Origin: Octopus sinensis
Lineage: Eukaryota
NCBI RefSeq assembly: GCF_006345805.1
Contig: NC_043004.1
Location: 76,632,001 to 76,696,000 of the forward strand
Reading direction: 5' to 3'
Length of the DNA stretch: 64,000 nucleotides
In this document: in pieces, positions 39,601 through 53,429 of the stretch
Layout: each line of letters starts with the position of its first letter
Numbering within the stretch: position 1 is the stretch's first letter
The notes under the pieces: generated by a model
Database searches by the model: none
The model's input: the letters and a program-made list of their open reading frames with translations, nothing else
What the model was told of the DNA's origin: nothing
Program-made: the position numbers and the translations under genes

Positions 39601-42600
39601 TGGCACCATCAGCAGTGCTTTTTGTGTGGTACCATCAGCAGTGCTTTTCATGTGGTACCATCAGCAGTGCTTTTCATGTGGTACCATCAGCAGTGCTTTT
39701 CATGTGGTACCATCAGCAGTGCTTTTCATGTGGTACCATCAGCAGTGATTTTCATGTGGTACCATCAGCAGTGCTTTTTATGTGTGGTACCATCAGCAGT
39801 GCTTTTCATGTGGTACCATCAGCAGTGCTTTTCATGTGGTACCATCAGCAGTGCTTTTCATGTGGTACCATCAGCAGTGATTTTCATGTGGTACCATCAG
39901 CAGTGCTTTTTATGTGGTACCATCAGCAGTGCTTTTCATGTGGTACCATCAGCAGTGATTTTCATGTGGTACCATCAGCAGTGCTTTTTATGTGGTACCA
40001 TCAGCAGTGCTTTTTATGTGGCACCATCAGCAGTGCTTTTCATGTGGTACCATCAGCAGTGCTTTTCATGTGGTACCATCAGCAGTGCTTTTCATGTGGT
40101 ACCATCAGCAGTGCTTTTTATGTGGTACCATCAGCAGTGCTTTTTATGTGGCACCATCAGCAGTGCTTTTCATGTGGTACCATCAGCAGTGCTTTTCATG
40201 TGGTACCATCAGCAGTGCTTTTCATGTGGTACCATCAGCAGTGCTTTTCATGTGGTACCATCAGCAGTGCTTTTCATGTGGTACCATCAGCAGTGATTTT
40301 CATGTGGTACCATCAGCAGTGCTTTTTATGTGGTACCATCAGCAGTGCTTTTTATGTGGCACCATCAGCAGTGCTTTTCATGTGGTACCATCAGCAGTGC
40401 TTTTCATGTGGTACCATCAGCAGTGCTTTTCATGTGGTACCATCAGCAGTGATTTTTATGTGGCACCATCAGCAGTGATTTTCATGTGGTACCATCAGCA
40501 GTGCTTTTCATGTGGTACCATCAGCAGTGCTTTTCATGTGGTACCATCAGCAGTGATTTTTATGTGGCACCATCAGCAGTGCTTTTCATGTGGTACCATC
40601 AGCAGTGATTTTCATGTGGTACCATCAGCAGTGCTTTTCATGTGGTACCATCAGCAGTGATTTTTATGTGGCACCATCAGCAGTGATTTTCATGTGGTAC
40701 CATCAGCAGTGCTTTTCATGTGGTACCATCAGCAGTGCTTTTCATGTGGTACCATCAGCAGTGCTTTTCATGTGGTACCATCAGCAGTGCTTTTTATGTG
40801 GTACCATCAGCAGTGCTTTTCATGTGGTACCATCAGCAGTGCTTTTTATGTGGTACCATCAGCAGTGCTTTTTATGTGGTACCATCAGCAGTGCTTTTCA
40901 TGTGGTACCATCAGCAGTGATTTTCATGTGGTACCATCAGCAGTGCTTTTCATGTGGTACCATCAGCAGTGCTTTTTATGTGGCACCATCAGCAGTGATT
41001 TTCATGTGGTACCATCAGCAGTGCTTTTTATGTGACACCATCAGCAGTGCTTTTCATGTGGTACCATCAGCAGTGCTTTTCATGTGGTACCATCAGCAGT
41101 GCTTTTCATGTGGTACCATCAGCAGTGCTTTTCATGTGGTACCATCAGCAGTGCTTTTCATGTGGTACCATCAGCAGTGATTTTCATGTGGTACCATCAG
41201 CAGTGCTTTTCATGTGGTACCATCAGCAGTGCTTTTTATGTGGTACCATCAGCAGTGCTTTTCATGTGGTACCATCAGCAGTGCTTTTTATGTGGTACCA
41301 TCAGCAGTGCTTTTCATGTGGTACCATCAGCAGTGCTTTTTGTGTGGTACCATCAGCAGTGCTTTTCATGTGGTACCATCAGCAGTGCTTTTCATGTGGT
41401 ACCATCAGCAGTGCTTTTTTGCATCAGTTATTGGTCCATCAGCAGCAGTGCTTTTCATGTGGTACCATCAGCAGTGATTTTCATGTGGTACCATCAGCAG
41501 TGCTTTTTATGTGTGGTACCATCAGCAGTGCTTTTTATGTGGCACCATCAGCAGTGCTTTTCATGTGGTACCATCAGCAGTGCTTTTCATGTGGTACCAT
41601 CAGCAGTGCTTTTCATGTGGTACCATCAGCAGTGCTTTTTATGTGGTACCATCAGCAGTGCTTTTTATGTGGCACCATCAGCAGTGCTTTTCATGTGGTA
41701 CCATCAGCAGTGCTTTTCATGTGGTACCATCAGCAGTGCTTTTCATGTGGTACCATCAGCAGTGCTTTTCATGTGGTACCATCAGCAGTGCTTTTCATGT
41801 GGTACCATCAGCAGTGATTTTCATGTGGTACCATCAGCAGTGCTTTTTATGTGGTACCATCAGCAGTGCTTTTCATGTGGTACCATCAGCAGTGATTTTC
41901 ATGTGTGGTACCATCAGCAGTGCTTTTTATGTGGTACCATCAGCAGTGCTTTTTATGTGGCACCATCAGCATGTGCTTTTCATGTGGTACCATCAGCAGT
42001 GCTTCATGTGGTACCATCAGCAGTGCTTTTCATGTGGACCATCAGCAGTGCTTTTTATGTGGTACCATCAGCAGTGCTTTTTATGTGGCACCATCAGCAG
42101 TGCTTTTCATGTGGTACCATCAGCAGTGCTTTTCATGTGGTACCATCAGCAGTGCTTTTCATGTGGTACCATCAGCAGTGCTTTTCATGTGGTACCATCA
42201 GCAGTGCTTTTCATGTGGTACCATCAGCAGTGATTTTCATGTGGTACCATCAGCAGTGCTTTTTATGTGTGGTACCATCAGCAGTGCTTTTATGTGGCAC
42301 CACCATAGCAGTGCTTTTCATGTGTGGTACCATCAGCAGTGCTTTTCATGTGGTACCATCAGCAGTGCTTTTCATGTGGTACCATCAGCAGTGAGTGCTT
42401 TTTATGTGGCACCATCAGCAGTGATTTTCATGTGGTACCATCAGCAGTGCTTTTCATGTGGTACCATCAGCAGTGCTTTTCATGTGTGGTACCATCAGCA
42501 GTGATTTTTATGTGGCACCATCAGCAGTGCTTTTCATGTGGTACCATCAGCAGTGATTTTCATGTGGTACCATCAGCAGTGCTTTTCATGTGGTACCATC

Positions 42601-43583
42601 AGCAGTGATTTTATGTGGCACCATCAGCAGTTTTTCATGTGGTACCATCAGCAGTGCTTTTCATGTGGTACCATCAGCAGTGCTTTTCATGTGGTACCAT
42701 CAGCAGTGCTTTTCATGGGTACCATCAGCAGTGCTTTTATGTGGTACCATCAGCAGTGCTTTTCATGTGGTACCATCAGCAGTGCTTTTCATGTGGCACC
42801 ATCAGCAGTGCTTTTCATGTGGTACCATCAGCAGTGCTTTTCATGTGGTACCATCAGCAGTGCTTTTTATGTGGTACCATCAGCAGTGCTTTTCATGTGG
42901 TACCATCAGCAGTGCTTTTTATGTGGCACCATCAGCAGTGCTTTTCATGTGGTACCATCAGCAGTGCTTTTCATGTGGTACCATCAGCAGTGCTTTTCAT
43001 GTGGTACCATCAGCAGTGCTTTTCATGTGGTACCATCAGCAGTGCTTTTCATGTGGTACCATCAGCAGTGCTTTTCATGTGGTACCATCAGCAGTGATTT
43101 TCATGTGGTACCATCAGCAGTGCTTTTTATGTGGCACCATCAGCAGTGCTTTTGATGTGGTACCATCAGCAGTGCTTTTCATGTGGTACCATCAGCAGTG
43201 CTTTTATGTGGTACCATCAGCAGTGCTTTTCATGTGGTACCATCAGCAGTGCTTTTCATGTGGTACCATCAGCAGTGCTTTTCATGTGGTACCATCAGCA
43301 GTGCTTTTCATGTGGTACCATCAGCAGTGCTTTTCATGTGGTACCATCAGCAGTGATTTTCATGTGTGGTACCATCAGCAGTGCTTTTCATGTGGTACCA
43401 TCAGCAGTGCTTTTTATGTGCACCATCAGCAGTGCTTTTATGTGACACCATCAGCAGTGCTTTTTATGTGACACCATCAGCAGTGCTTTTCATGTGGTAC
43501 CATCAGCAGTGCTTTTCATGTGGTACCATCAGCAGTGCTTTTCATGTGGTACCATCAGCAGTGCTTTTTACGTGGCACCATCA
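36629..43583. repeat. 26-bp tandem minisatellite, about 267 copies (~6.95 kb), intronic
   Basis: Consensus CAGCAGTGCTTTTCATGTGGTACCAT repeated head-to-tail with recurrent variants (GTGATTTTC, TTTTTATG, GGCACC, GACACC); copy number from length/26. Confidence 0.99.
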
Positions 43584-46429
43584 AACGAGCCCACCTTCAT
43601 CACCCCCTACTTTCTACTCGGTGACATTGTCAAAGAGACCAATGAAGAGCCTATATGTAACCCCTCGTCCTGCAAGAAATTACAGCTAAATGCCCCTAAA
43701 ATCATACTCTACTACCTAAAAAAAAACAGAAAAGAAAAAAAAAATGGAAGGAGATATTGCATAAGGTAATCCTAGAGAAAACTTTAAATAAAGTCTGGAT
43801 GTTCATAGAGGGAATGTCTAGGAATAAAACAAGAACCATCACCATTATTATAAACCATATCTCCCAACAACATCCAACACCACCACCACCAATTATTGTT
43901 ATTCATTACTATAATAAGTATTCATTAGATGTTGTTAATTGATACTGAAGACAATGTTTTATTATGATAAAAGAACAAGGAGGTTTTGAACCTTCCCTCT
44001 TTGTTTTCTTTTCTTTGTCCTTATGTTATATTTAGTAACAAAATTAGAATTGATCAATATCGAAAATGACTAGACTCTCTTGTTTTAGTTTAGAATGATT
44101 CACTTGTCTTCGTGTATATATAGACATTGAGAAGAACTATATGATAAATGAATATTTAATTTAATTTTTGACTTTATCAAAAACTATATATAAAAAGTGT
44201 CACTATATTTTAAAAAAAGTGTAAAAAATTTCAGACTATTGATTTATTTCATGGCTCCTATTCTGGTGTTCAATAAAAAGTGTATTTTGATTTATAAAAT
44301 AGTTTGTTGTATGTATTTAGAAAGTTAAAAAAAAAAGAAGATTATTATTATTTATAATTAGTTTTTAAATATCATTAGTGTATCCAATTTTATTTCTATG
44401 CAGATGTTTGTATAGAATGAAGTTGTGACTTACACATTGAATACAGGGCTGTTATTGAATGGACACCATTCTTAATGAAATCAATATTTTATGAGATGAC
44501 CAGTGTGCACAAACAGCAGTAACAACAACAATAACAATCGCAGATGTTCTCTTCATCATTGACTGTTATAGAGGTTGATTTGATTATTATATATTTACTG
44601 TGCTTCCTAATGTCTCTTGGGATGTGGCCTGCTAGGATTTAAAATGTAAATATTTGCACTTAACCAATCTCAAACATAGAAACTGTCTCTCTTTTGTCCC
44701 CATGTCTAAATAAATAAATAAACAAATAAATATATAAACAAATAAATAAATAAAAAGACAGTTCTGTTCAACACAATGCAAATACCTCGGTCAGTAATAT
44801 CTCCCTTTATAACAAAATGATAGCTTCATGAATAATGATTATGGCAGATACTATAAAAATGAATGTCATGATCTTCACTGGGATTGGTCGGGGGTTATAA
44901 ATAGTTTCCAGAGGAGAAAATGATTTGAAAGAAAACAGAACTGGATATGTGTTTGCTTAACAAACAGGAGCAATAATAGGTTTTGGTTAACACGATAAAC
45001 TAAAGAACGGAAATATAGTGTGCATAAACATTTGTAAAAAAAGTTTTTTGTTGTTTTATAAACTTAACATTATCAACATAAATACATACATACATACACA
45101 CACACACATATATATATATCATCATCATCATCATCATCATCATTATCATTTAGCATATATATATATATATATATATATAGATACTAACATATATACACAA
45201 ACATAGGTGCACACACATTTGCATATAAGAACATGCATATAAACAATGTATAAATACAAACATACATACATAGATACATACATGCATGCATGTATACATA
45301 CAAACATACATGCATACATGTACATACATACATACATACATGTATGTATGTATGCATACAAACACACTCATAAAAAACAAATGCATTTATTTCTTAAAAC
45401 TCAGGTGTAATATAGAAGACTGATTAAAGCTAAATGATAATTTTAAATACTATCTCTCTCACTAGTTTCCTTTACCTTTACACACACCACACACACACGC
45501 ACGCACGCACACACACACACACGCGCGCACACACACATACACACACAAGTCACATATTAAGATAACTAGAATCTTAAACAAGAGTGTCTACAGCAAATGC
45601 ATTTTCCTTGTATCTATATGTTTAGAATAACAGAACTAAATATACAGAGTAATACGGTTTGTTAGGAATCTAGCTGACGTATAAATAGAGAATAATAATG
45701 AGATTTATTTTATAAAGCACGATTATTTCTCAGTGTGTGGTTATTATATACAGTTGATTATAATTGTATGAAACAAAAAGTTACAACAGGCTGAGAGCTG
45801 TCTGATAATCCTACATTACAGAAAGAGGAAGCAAGAAAAGACAGCTTGTTTGTACTTGAAGTCTGAACGATCAACCTATTGGTAGAAGCAAAAATGTATT
45901 GATCTGCTACGTTAGAGAGTAGTAACTGCAGCCCAGCAAGCGAGGATGCTTGACATACGAAGCAGGGGTGAAGGAATTCGATGCTGGACTTACTTCTGAA
46001 ATGACAACTAAGAATTATCTGAAATAAATGTCTTAGAAGGCCTCCCGTGTTTATATCACTGAGAGTGAATGGATGGGGGGGGGGGAGAATATGTATGAAA
46101 TAAAAACAGAAACAGAAAGTAAATTGTTTTCCTTTATTGCTTTTAATTTGTGAAATGATGAGAAATAGCTATGAATGCTACTGCTGCCGCTGTCTAACTC
46201 TAAGCAGCTACATTTGGAGCAGGCAATAAACAGATGGACAGAGGGTGTATAGGAAAACAGAGCAATTTGTACATGCCGTATTGAGACTGCATATATCATC
46301 ACTATAAAATAATTTTTCATCAACATATAATAATAAATTCTGCTCGAAATTTGATTGTTTCTGACTGTTGATAATGGTAATTTCTTCTGACTTGTAATTT
46401 TAGAGGAAACGAATTGTTAGAATCAGCAT

Positions 46430-46430
46430 T

Positions 46431-46465
<35 letters not shown>

Positions 46466-46805
46466 TATTGCTATTGTTATTGTTGTTATTATCATGATCA
46501 AGCCCACCAATATTACCACCACCACTATCAACACCACCCATCAACAAACCCAACCACTCACCAGCCCCTATCACCAGCCCCTAACCAAAGCCACTACCAC
46601 CACCACCACCACCACCACCACCAAAGCAATCATCAGAATGACTATCACTACAATTACCCCACCACTTCAACATCACTCACAATAATAACCTCTACTACTA
46701 GTAATTCAACAGTCACCACCACCACCACCACTACAGAGCCACCGCTGCCACTGCCATCGCCACCCCCACCACCGCTGCAGCTGCCGCTACCACCACTACC
46801 ACCAT
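46430..46805. repeat. (ATT)n and (CAC)n low-complexity tracts
   Basis: Direct reading. Confidence 0.9.
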
Positions 46806-48134
46806 CACGTATTTCTCACTTCACATATATTTACAGCTGCTATCATTCACAATTTTACTTTTTTTTAAAGTAAGATTTCAGAATATCATTCAATTATAAG
46901 TAACTGCCGTTGTAAGACTATTCCTACATGTGTTAAAAATAAAGCAGTAAATAAAAATAATTTCAAATGACAAAAATAAATTAATATATTTTCTTTATTC
47001 TTCTTCCCTCCTGTCAGAAACTGTGTTTACAGAAAACGATATAACTGAATTAAATATTTCCAATTGAACATAATATTTTGTGTTAATCAAGGTGTGTCAT
47101 TTCAGTTTAGTCAATATTAAGAAAAAGACAGCACATGATATTAGATATAAAAATCTAACATGTGACTGCAGCCATTTTAACTAGCATGTGATAGTTTCAT
47201 TCGTGCTGAAACCACACATAGTAAAACAATGATTTAAGAGCCGAGAATTTTCAATTACCTTCAATGATAAAAACACAAAAGGAGGTAAAAAAAACAAAAA
47301 GAACTTTTCAAACTAGCTTGTTGTACTTAAATTATACCATGTCAGTAGCCTATTTCTTATAAAACTACACTACGCAGTCAAAACTGATAAATGATTCCTA
47401 AAGGTATGCAGATAATTTGCTTTGAAACTGACTATTATTTGGATTGATTGCCTGTGATGAAAAAGCATTACTATGTTGAAGGAATAATTCAATAAATTAT
47501 GGCATATTTGAATATTCTCTTCACAAATGAGAATTGTCTTCACAAATAACATTATTTAAAATAAAAAAATTACACAGACTAGAAAATATTTATTTGATAT
47601 TGCTGCTCTAACACAACACAGACAACATAAATTTATCAAGTATTACTGCTGACATTAATTTTCAAGTATCAAGAAGGTATCAATTTATTTCATCAGTGTT
47701 CTTTATAAATATTATCATTGCAAAAGAAAAAATAAGCAAAAAAAACCCCAAAACAAAATAAGTCATAAATTTATTATAACCTTTCAAACTGCTTAAAAAC
47801 TAAAGCTAAAGGCCAACACGTTTTGAACTACTGTCTATTGAATTTCTTTTCCATCTCTTAGGACACTTAAATTAGTTTATTAGTTGTGCTGAGCTAAGCT
47901 TTGCATCAATAATTTCCAGATTTTCTCATTAGTTAAAGGCTATTTCCTATATTACTTTCCAAGGTATTTTTAAGATGCATGCCTTTTAAAAAATATAGGT
48001 ATCTAATATAGGTATCTAAGAAAACAATACTGCAAAATCAGCTTAGTGATTAATTTACTCTAACATGTTGTACAGAATATAATGTATTTAATTCAATTTT
48101 TTTAAAAAACTTTTTATAAGATAGTTTATAATAC

Positions 48135-48400
48135 TTGGCATCATAGGGGCCAGAGAGCAGAAGGCCATCAGGTTGACTGTGGAGGCAGTGCAGGTTGCTT
48201 CAAGGTTACTGTGAATCAGCAGATACAAGCCCTGGAAGGGGAAGCTCTACCAGAAGTAATCCTAGCAGGACACAAGCTGGGGGCTTAATCAACCGCAGTT
48301 AGGTTACCTGATTGAAGGTGTTTGATGCTGAAATAGCTCAAACACCTAATGGTTTCAGGAAACATCACTGTGGATGTATTCAGGTGCATCACAGGATGAT
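48135..48400 (+). mobile_element. Hero-like non-LTR retrotransposon 3' end
   Basis: GIIGAREQKAIRLTVEAVQVASRLL*ISRYKPW resembles LGI.G...RAI....EAAE.ASRWLW..R..PW, followed by structured 3' UTR. Confidence 0.6.
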
Positions 48401-50915
48401 ATATGGAAAGACTATAACACAAAAGTGTAACAATTTAAAAATACAAATAAAAGATTTAGAGATGACCCAAGCCGTTATAAATTTGTGAGCATGAGTGAAA
48501 TTCAGTTCCTAGTAAATCAACTGAACAAGCTTGTTATGTTCGTTTTAAAAATAACCTTTAAACAATAAAAGTACTATAAACAAAATGGTTTTCAATAATG
48601 TATACGCCAAAGACCTTGTTTGATAAAATAAGCCATTAAGCTATGAGCCTATTGGTTATTCCTTTTGATGTGACTACATGAGATCACCTCTGGTTTTATG
48701 ATGCAAATCTTCCAATTTTAAAATCATCATCATCGTTTAACATCCATTTTCCAGGCTGGCATGGGTGTTCATACTTATATTAAAACCTTCCAAATAATAT
48801 TTAGTTGTTTTCCCAATCTCCTTAAATCTGCTGCCCATCATCATCATCATCATAATTATCTACTGAATGCTTTCTGATCTTACATTGTCCCAACTCAAAT
48901 AATGAAAACAGTAGACATTGGTGCTTTTGCTTTATTTCCTTAGTACATTCAGACGAGATTTCTTCACTACTATTGTATCCTAGGCAGGATTTAGATCTCA
49001 GACTGTACAAAGCCAGAATATACACTACAAGTCATCCAGTTCTATGCTTTAATATTTCCATCAAACTATGTCTTGGACTGGTACTTTAATTGTCAATCTC
49101 CAAAATGACAAAAAAAAAAAATAATAAGCTGACTTTGATGGGATTTGAACTCAGAGCTCAAAGAACTGGAACAAATACCAACAAAGTATATAATCCAATG
49201 TTCTAATAAGTTCTTTCAATTCACTGTCTTAATGATTATTTTCAAAATTAAGTGAAACACAGAGACTGTATAATCCATAACATAATCATAAAAGGTTTGT
49301 GACTTGCAGTTGGGTGTGTCTAGAGAATATCATCCTAACAACAACCAATGAGTTAACTATTCATATTCTGTCACCAGTGCCCTGCTGTGACCGAACAAAA
49401 GCACTTAAGTTCTAATGTATTAGTTCACTTAACTGTAAATAAATAAAATGGAATAGTGCAGTTAGTTAACATAAGCATGAGTGATACTGTATGATTAAGA
49501 ATGCTTCATTAACTTCAAATCTGATCCTATATCGTTTCATGGGCCCAGATAATACAAGCTAGAGACTTCTCACCACATGAAAATAGAGACTTCAGTGGTG
49601 TACCAGTGGTGTCCCAAACAGTTATGGCATGCTGTTATTATTAACATATTTTAAAATAATATTTTGATCCAATTGTTGTAATCGATTTCTAAGCTATATA
49701 ATAATAGAACTCAGTAGGAAGTCAGGTTGAAATATCAAATTTCTCTACCAACTTGAAAACAGATTAAATCTCAAAGATATAATTAGTTATGTATGTTTTA
49801 ATTATAGAAAAGAATATATATCGTAAAAGACATAATTTATTGCAATAAATCACAGAAAACTTTTCATGATTTTATGAAAAATATTTCGCATCAAAAACTT
49901 CTCTGCAATGTGATCCATGGAATGTTTTAATACTAAAATAAGAATCAATACTTAAAAATGTCAGTCTAAATTCTTGATACGGTTCTATCTCAGAACCACA
50001 GAACAGTGTTATATCTAATCAATAACACACTCAATAACAACTGCATAAACCATTCTAGTCTTCCATAGCTTTGTTTTGGAGCAATAATATATTTATGTTG
50101 CGATTGTTGCTGTTTAGCCCCATTCTCCTATACTCAGCTCATTCCTGATATTGGAGAGGGATGGTTTCTGACATATTACATAACATACATAAGTGAAGGT
50201 GCATGGTTTAGTGGTTAGGGTGCTGCACTCATGTTCACAAGATCATGGTTTCAATTCCTGGACTAGGCAATACATAGTGTTCTTGAGCAAAACACTTCAT
50301 TTCATATTGATTCAGTTCACTCAGCTGTAAAGGAATATCCAGTGAAGAACTGGTGTCCCTGGTCCCTTATACACCATCAAAACCAAACAACTGGTCCTAT
50401 GGGTCCTAGGACTTGAGACAGTACTTACTTATGGTATACATATTAAAAACAAAGTTTCTGGTTTTGACTTGCAGTTAAGTCATTAATACTGTGAAGAACA
50501 ATATGTTGGGCAGTATAGCTCCAGATATAGGAAAAGAAAGATGTGATGGTCACAGCTGGAAAAACCTTCGATCACAGGTCTGTTCAATCAGGGCAGACCT
50601 GAAGCTAAATAACAACCACAACTGTAATGTATTTTGATATCTATATAAAATTATTGCTGAATTTCAATGACCATGTCAATATGCTTTGCTGTAATTGCTG
50701 TCTCTATGTCAGCAAAATTGCTATCATTCATAAATCATTGTTCATTATCTCATTTAAAATATCATTATTCATACAGTCATTACTTTTACGCTAGAGATGG
50801 TGTAAATTTTTAATTTTGGGTTTCAGGAGTTCAAACATCAATAAATTATAAATCACGAGTTCAAAATAGTATAGTAGGTCTTGCATTGTGTGTGTGTGTA
50901 TGTGTATATATATAT

Positions 50916-50963
<48 letters not shown>

Positions 50964-52424
50964 AATTGTCATAATATTGAAGATCATTGTGCAAAACTTC
51001 ACAAGTAAGTACTGAACAAAAGATAACATTTAAAATTCCCTTGATGATACATTAGTTTTTACTGTTTTTAATTTTTTATTTCAGTTCCTCCAAAGTTAGC
51101 GGCAGAAAAGGAATGAAATTATTTTCAGACCAGAGATTTGGTCTAAGTGCTTGCAAGTGTCAACTCCTCTAAAGCTACTGAAAGGAGACGGTGGCTTTAT
51201 TTAATTAGGCAATGGACCATGTCTACTACACAAGTGTTTCAATAAGATTGTTTCTGTTACTATTTCTAATTTTTATTACATGCAACATATTACTTTCAAA
51301 CAGCAGTTATACTCTTCCAGTTCCCTGATTACCTAGTTTAATTAAAATATTTAAATGATATACTAAATGATTCTATGACATCTTGCCTTGGTGCTCAATC
51401 ACAACAGCCACCACTCTAATTTAGTGTAATTCTATTATCATTTCATTCATCTCCAAATAATTCTTCAGCCTTTATAAAATTCATAATGCACCCTGTACTA
51501 GAAACCTATCTAAGAAAGTGTACCCTCCATGCAAAACATATTCAAGACAGTTTGGTGAAAATGCTGTTTTCTGATAAGCATTAATTTCTCTGAGACTATA
51601 GCTATTGACTGGCTATAGACTTAAACTAGCCTATGCTTTAATGTATTTTCTAACTGTATTCCACACTTAGCTATAAACACACTAGTTAAAATATATCCTC
51701 TTCTACAATTCTCAGAGCGTCAGCTTCTCTGCTCACGTTTATCTCTGTTACAGATCTGCAACCTAAATTGATCTCATTCCTCGCTTCCATGCTTATCTAT
51801 CACTCCCTACTCTGCAGCTTAACAAAAATGTTATAATAAAATACCTCAGAATGAAAAAAAACAAAAACTTCCAAGATTCAAATTTTATGAAGTAAGGCTT
51901 TTGAATTTGAAAATCCATAGTGTTAATATATACGGTATTCTTTATCCTCACTAATAGATAATCATGTTTTCAGAAAATCTGAAGACATAATAATTTAATT
52001 ACTGAAATTACTGCTTAGAGAAGATAGATAATTACTACATAAATGTTATAAAGAGATAGATCTATATTTTATTTCATATGGTATACTATTTGCTTATTTT
52101 TACTTGCTGGTATGTTTGAATGTTGAAAATAGTTTCTATCACTCTTGTTAGCTAGATTGTTAGTGTATTTTAGACATGAACACATTTAAATGTTTCCATG
52201 TAGATTTTCCTACATGGTATAATAAAAATTAGGATTTCTAGGCAATAGAGAATTGATTCTATGATGTTCATGTCTGATCCAATGTGCTCATATTTGCTTG
52301 TGTTTTTATAGAGGGAGAAGCATTTCTGCATTGCAAAGCCATGTTATTTATTCAATGCAGTAGAAATTTTTGTATCACAGATGGAAATTTATCAGCTAAT
52401 ATATATATACACGTACGTACACAC

Positions 52425-52708
52425 ATGCATGCATGCATACATACATGCATGCACGTATACATACATACATACATACAAACATACATACATACATACACAC
52501 ACATGCATGTATGCATATATACATACATACACACATACATACATGGATGCATGCATACATACATACATACATACATGCATGCATACATACATACATACAT
52601 ACATACATGCATGTATGCATGCATACATACATACATACATACATGCATGCATACATACATACACACACTTAGATACATGCATGCATGCATACATACATAC
52701 ATCATACA

Positions 52709-52742
<34 letters not shown>

Positions 52743-52750
52743 CATATAAA
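52425..52750. repeat. (CATA)n/(CATG)n compound microsatellite
   Basis: Direct reading. Confidence 0.95.
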
Positions 52751-53429
52751 ACACAGTCAGTTAAATTCTGACCTCTTTATGTATAATGTCCAAATAAAAA
52801 AATTTTCTATGCAATTTCACTTGGTAAAAATCCGCAAAACTGAGACTGAAGCACAGCACATCCAATCACAGTAAAACAAATAATAATGAGGATGATGATG
52901 ATGATGATGAGTGAGGATGACTTCTTTTATTAGCTACATGGGCCCAAGACAATGAAGACAATATTAAAGGATGAAACACAACACATAAAAAAGGTGGAGA
53001 TCACAAGGACAAGCAATAACAATAAGGATGTAACAAAAGATATAAAAATAGAATTCAGAGAAAAATAAATAAATAGAATCTCCAACAGCAGGACAATTCA
53101 CTGAGGATAATTTAGGGAAAACCTCCACAAAATGTCCCAGATTACTCTGCCATCTCCAAGGCATCAGAAGTGTCCTGTTCCTGTTTCTTTCCTACTATTT
53201 AGAAAAGTATACTTAGTGTAGGTCCATTTAACTTCATCAGTTTTACCACTCCCATCTACTTTTTGATAGACACACTACGAGGCAAGCACCCTCCCCCTTC
53301 TACTTTTACCTTCCTCAAGTGATAATTATTTTTGAAACTTTTGAAGAAATAGCACAAGGGGATAAATTTTACTGAAATTCATTTCTATCATCTTTAGTCA
53401 AATCTAATTTGAAACTAAAATTATATATG

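Noticed and set aside
41410-41450. Short non-unit interruption in the satellite (gcatcagttattggtcc)
   Set aside because: Array is indel-rich from here to the end; cannot distinguish real degeneration from consensus error.
36629-43583. CRISPR-like array
   Set aside because: Pure tandem units with no unique spacers, no cas genes, eukaryotic intron.
36613-43689. Many long ORFs (up to 587 aa) reading MVPSAVLFMWYHQQCFSCGTISSAFH
   Set aside because: Artefact of a stop-free 26-bp unit cycling through three frames; antisense to the host gene, no splice or start context.
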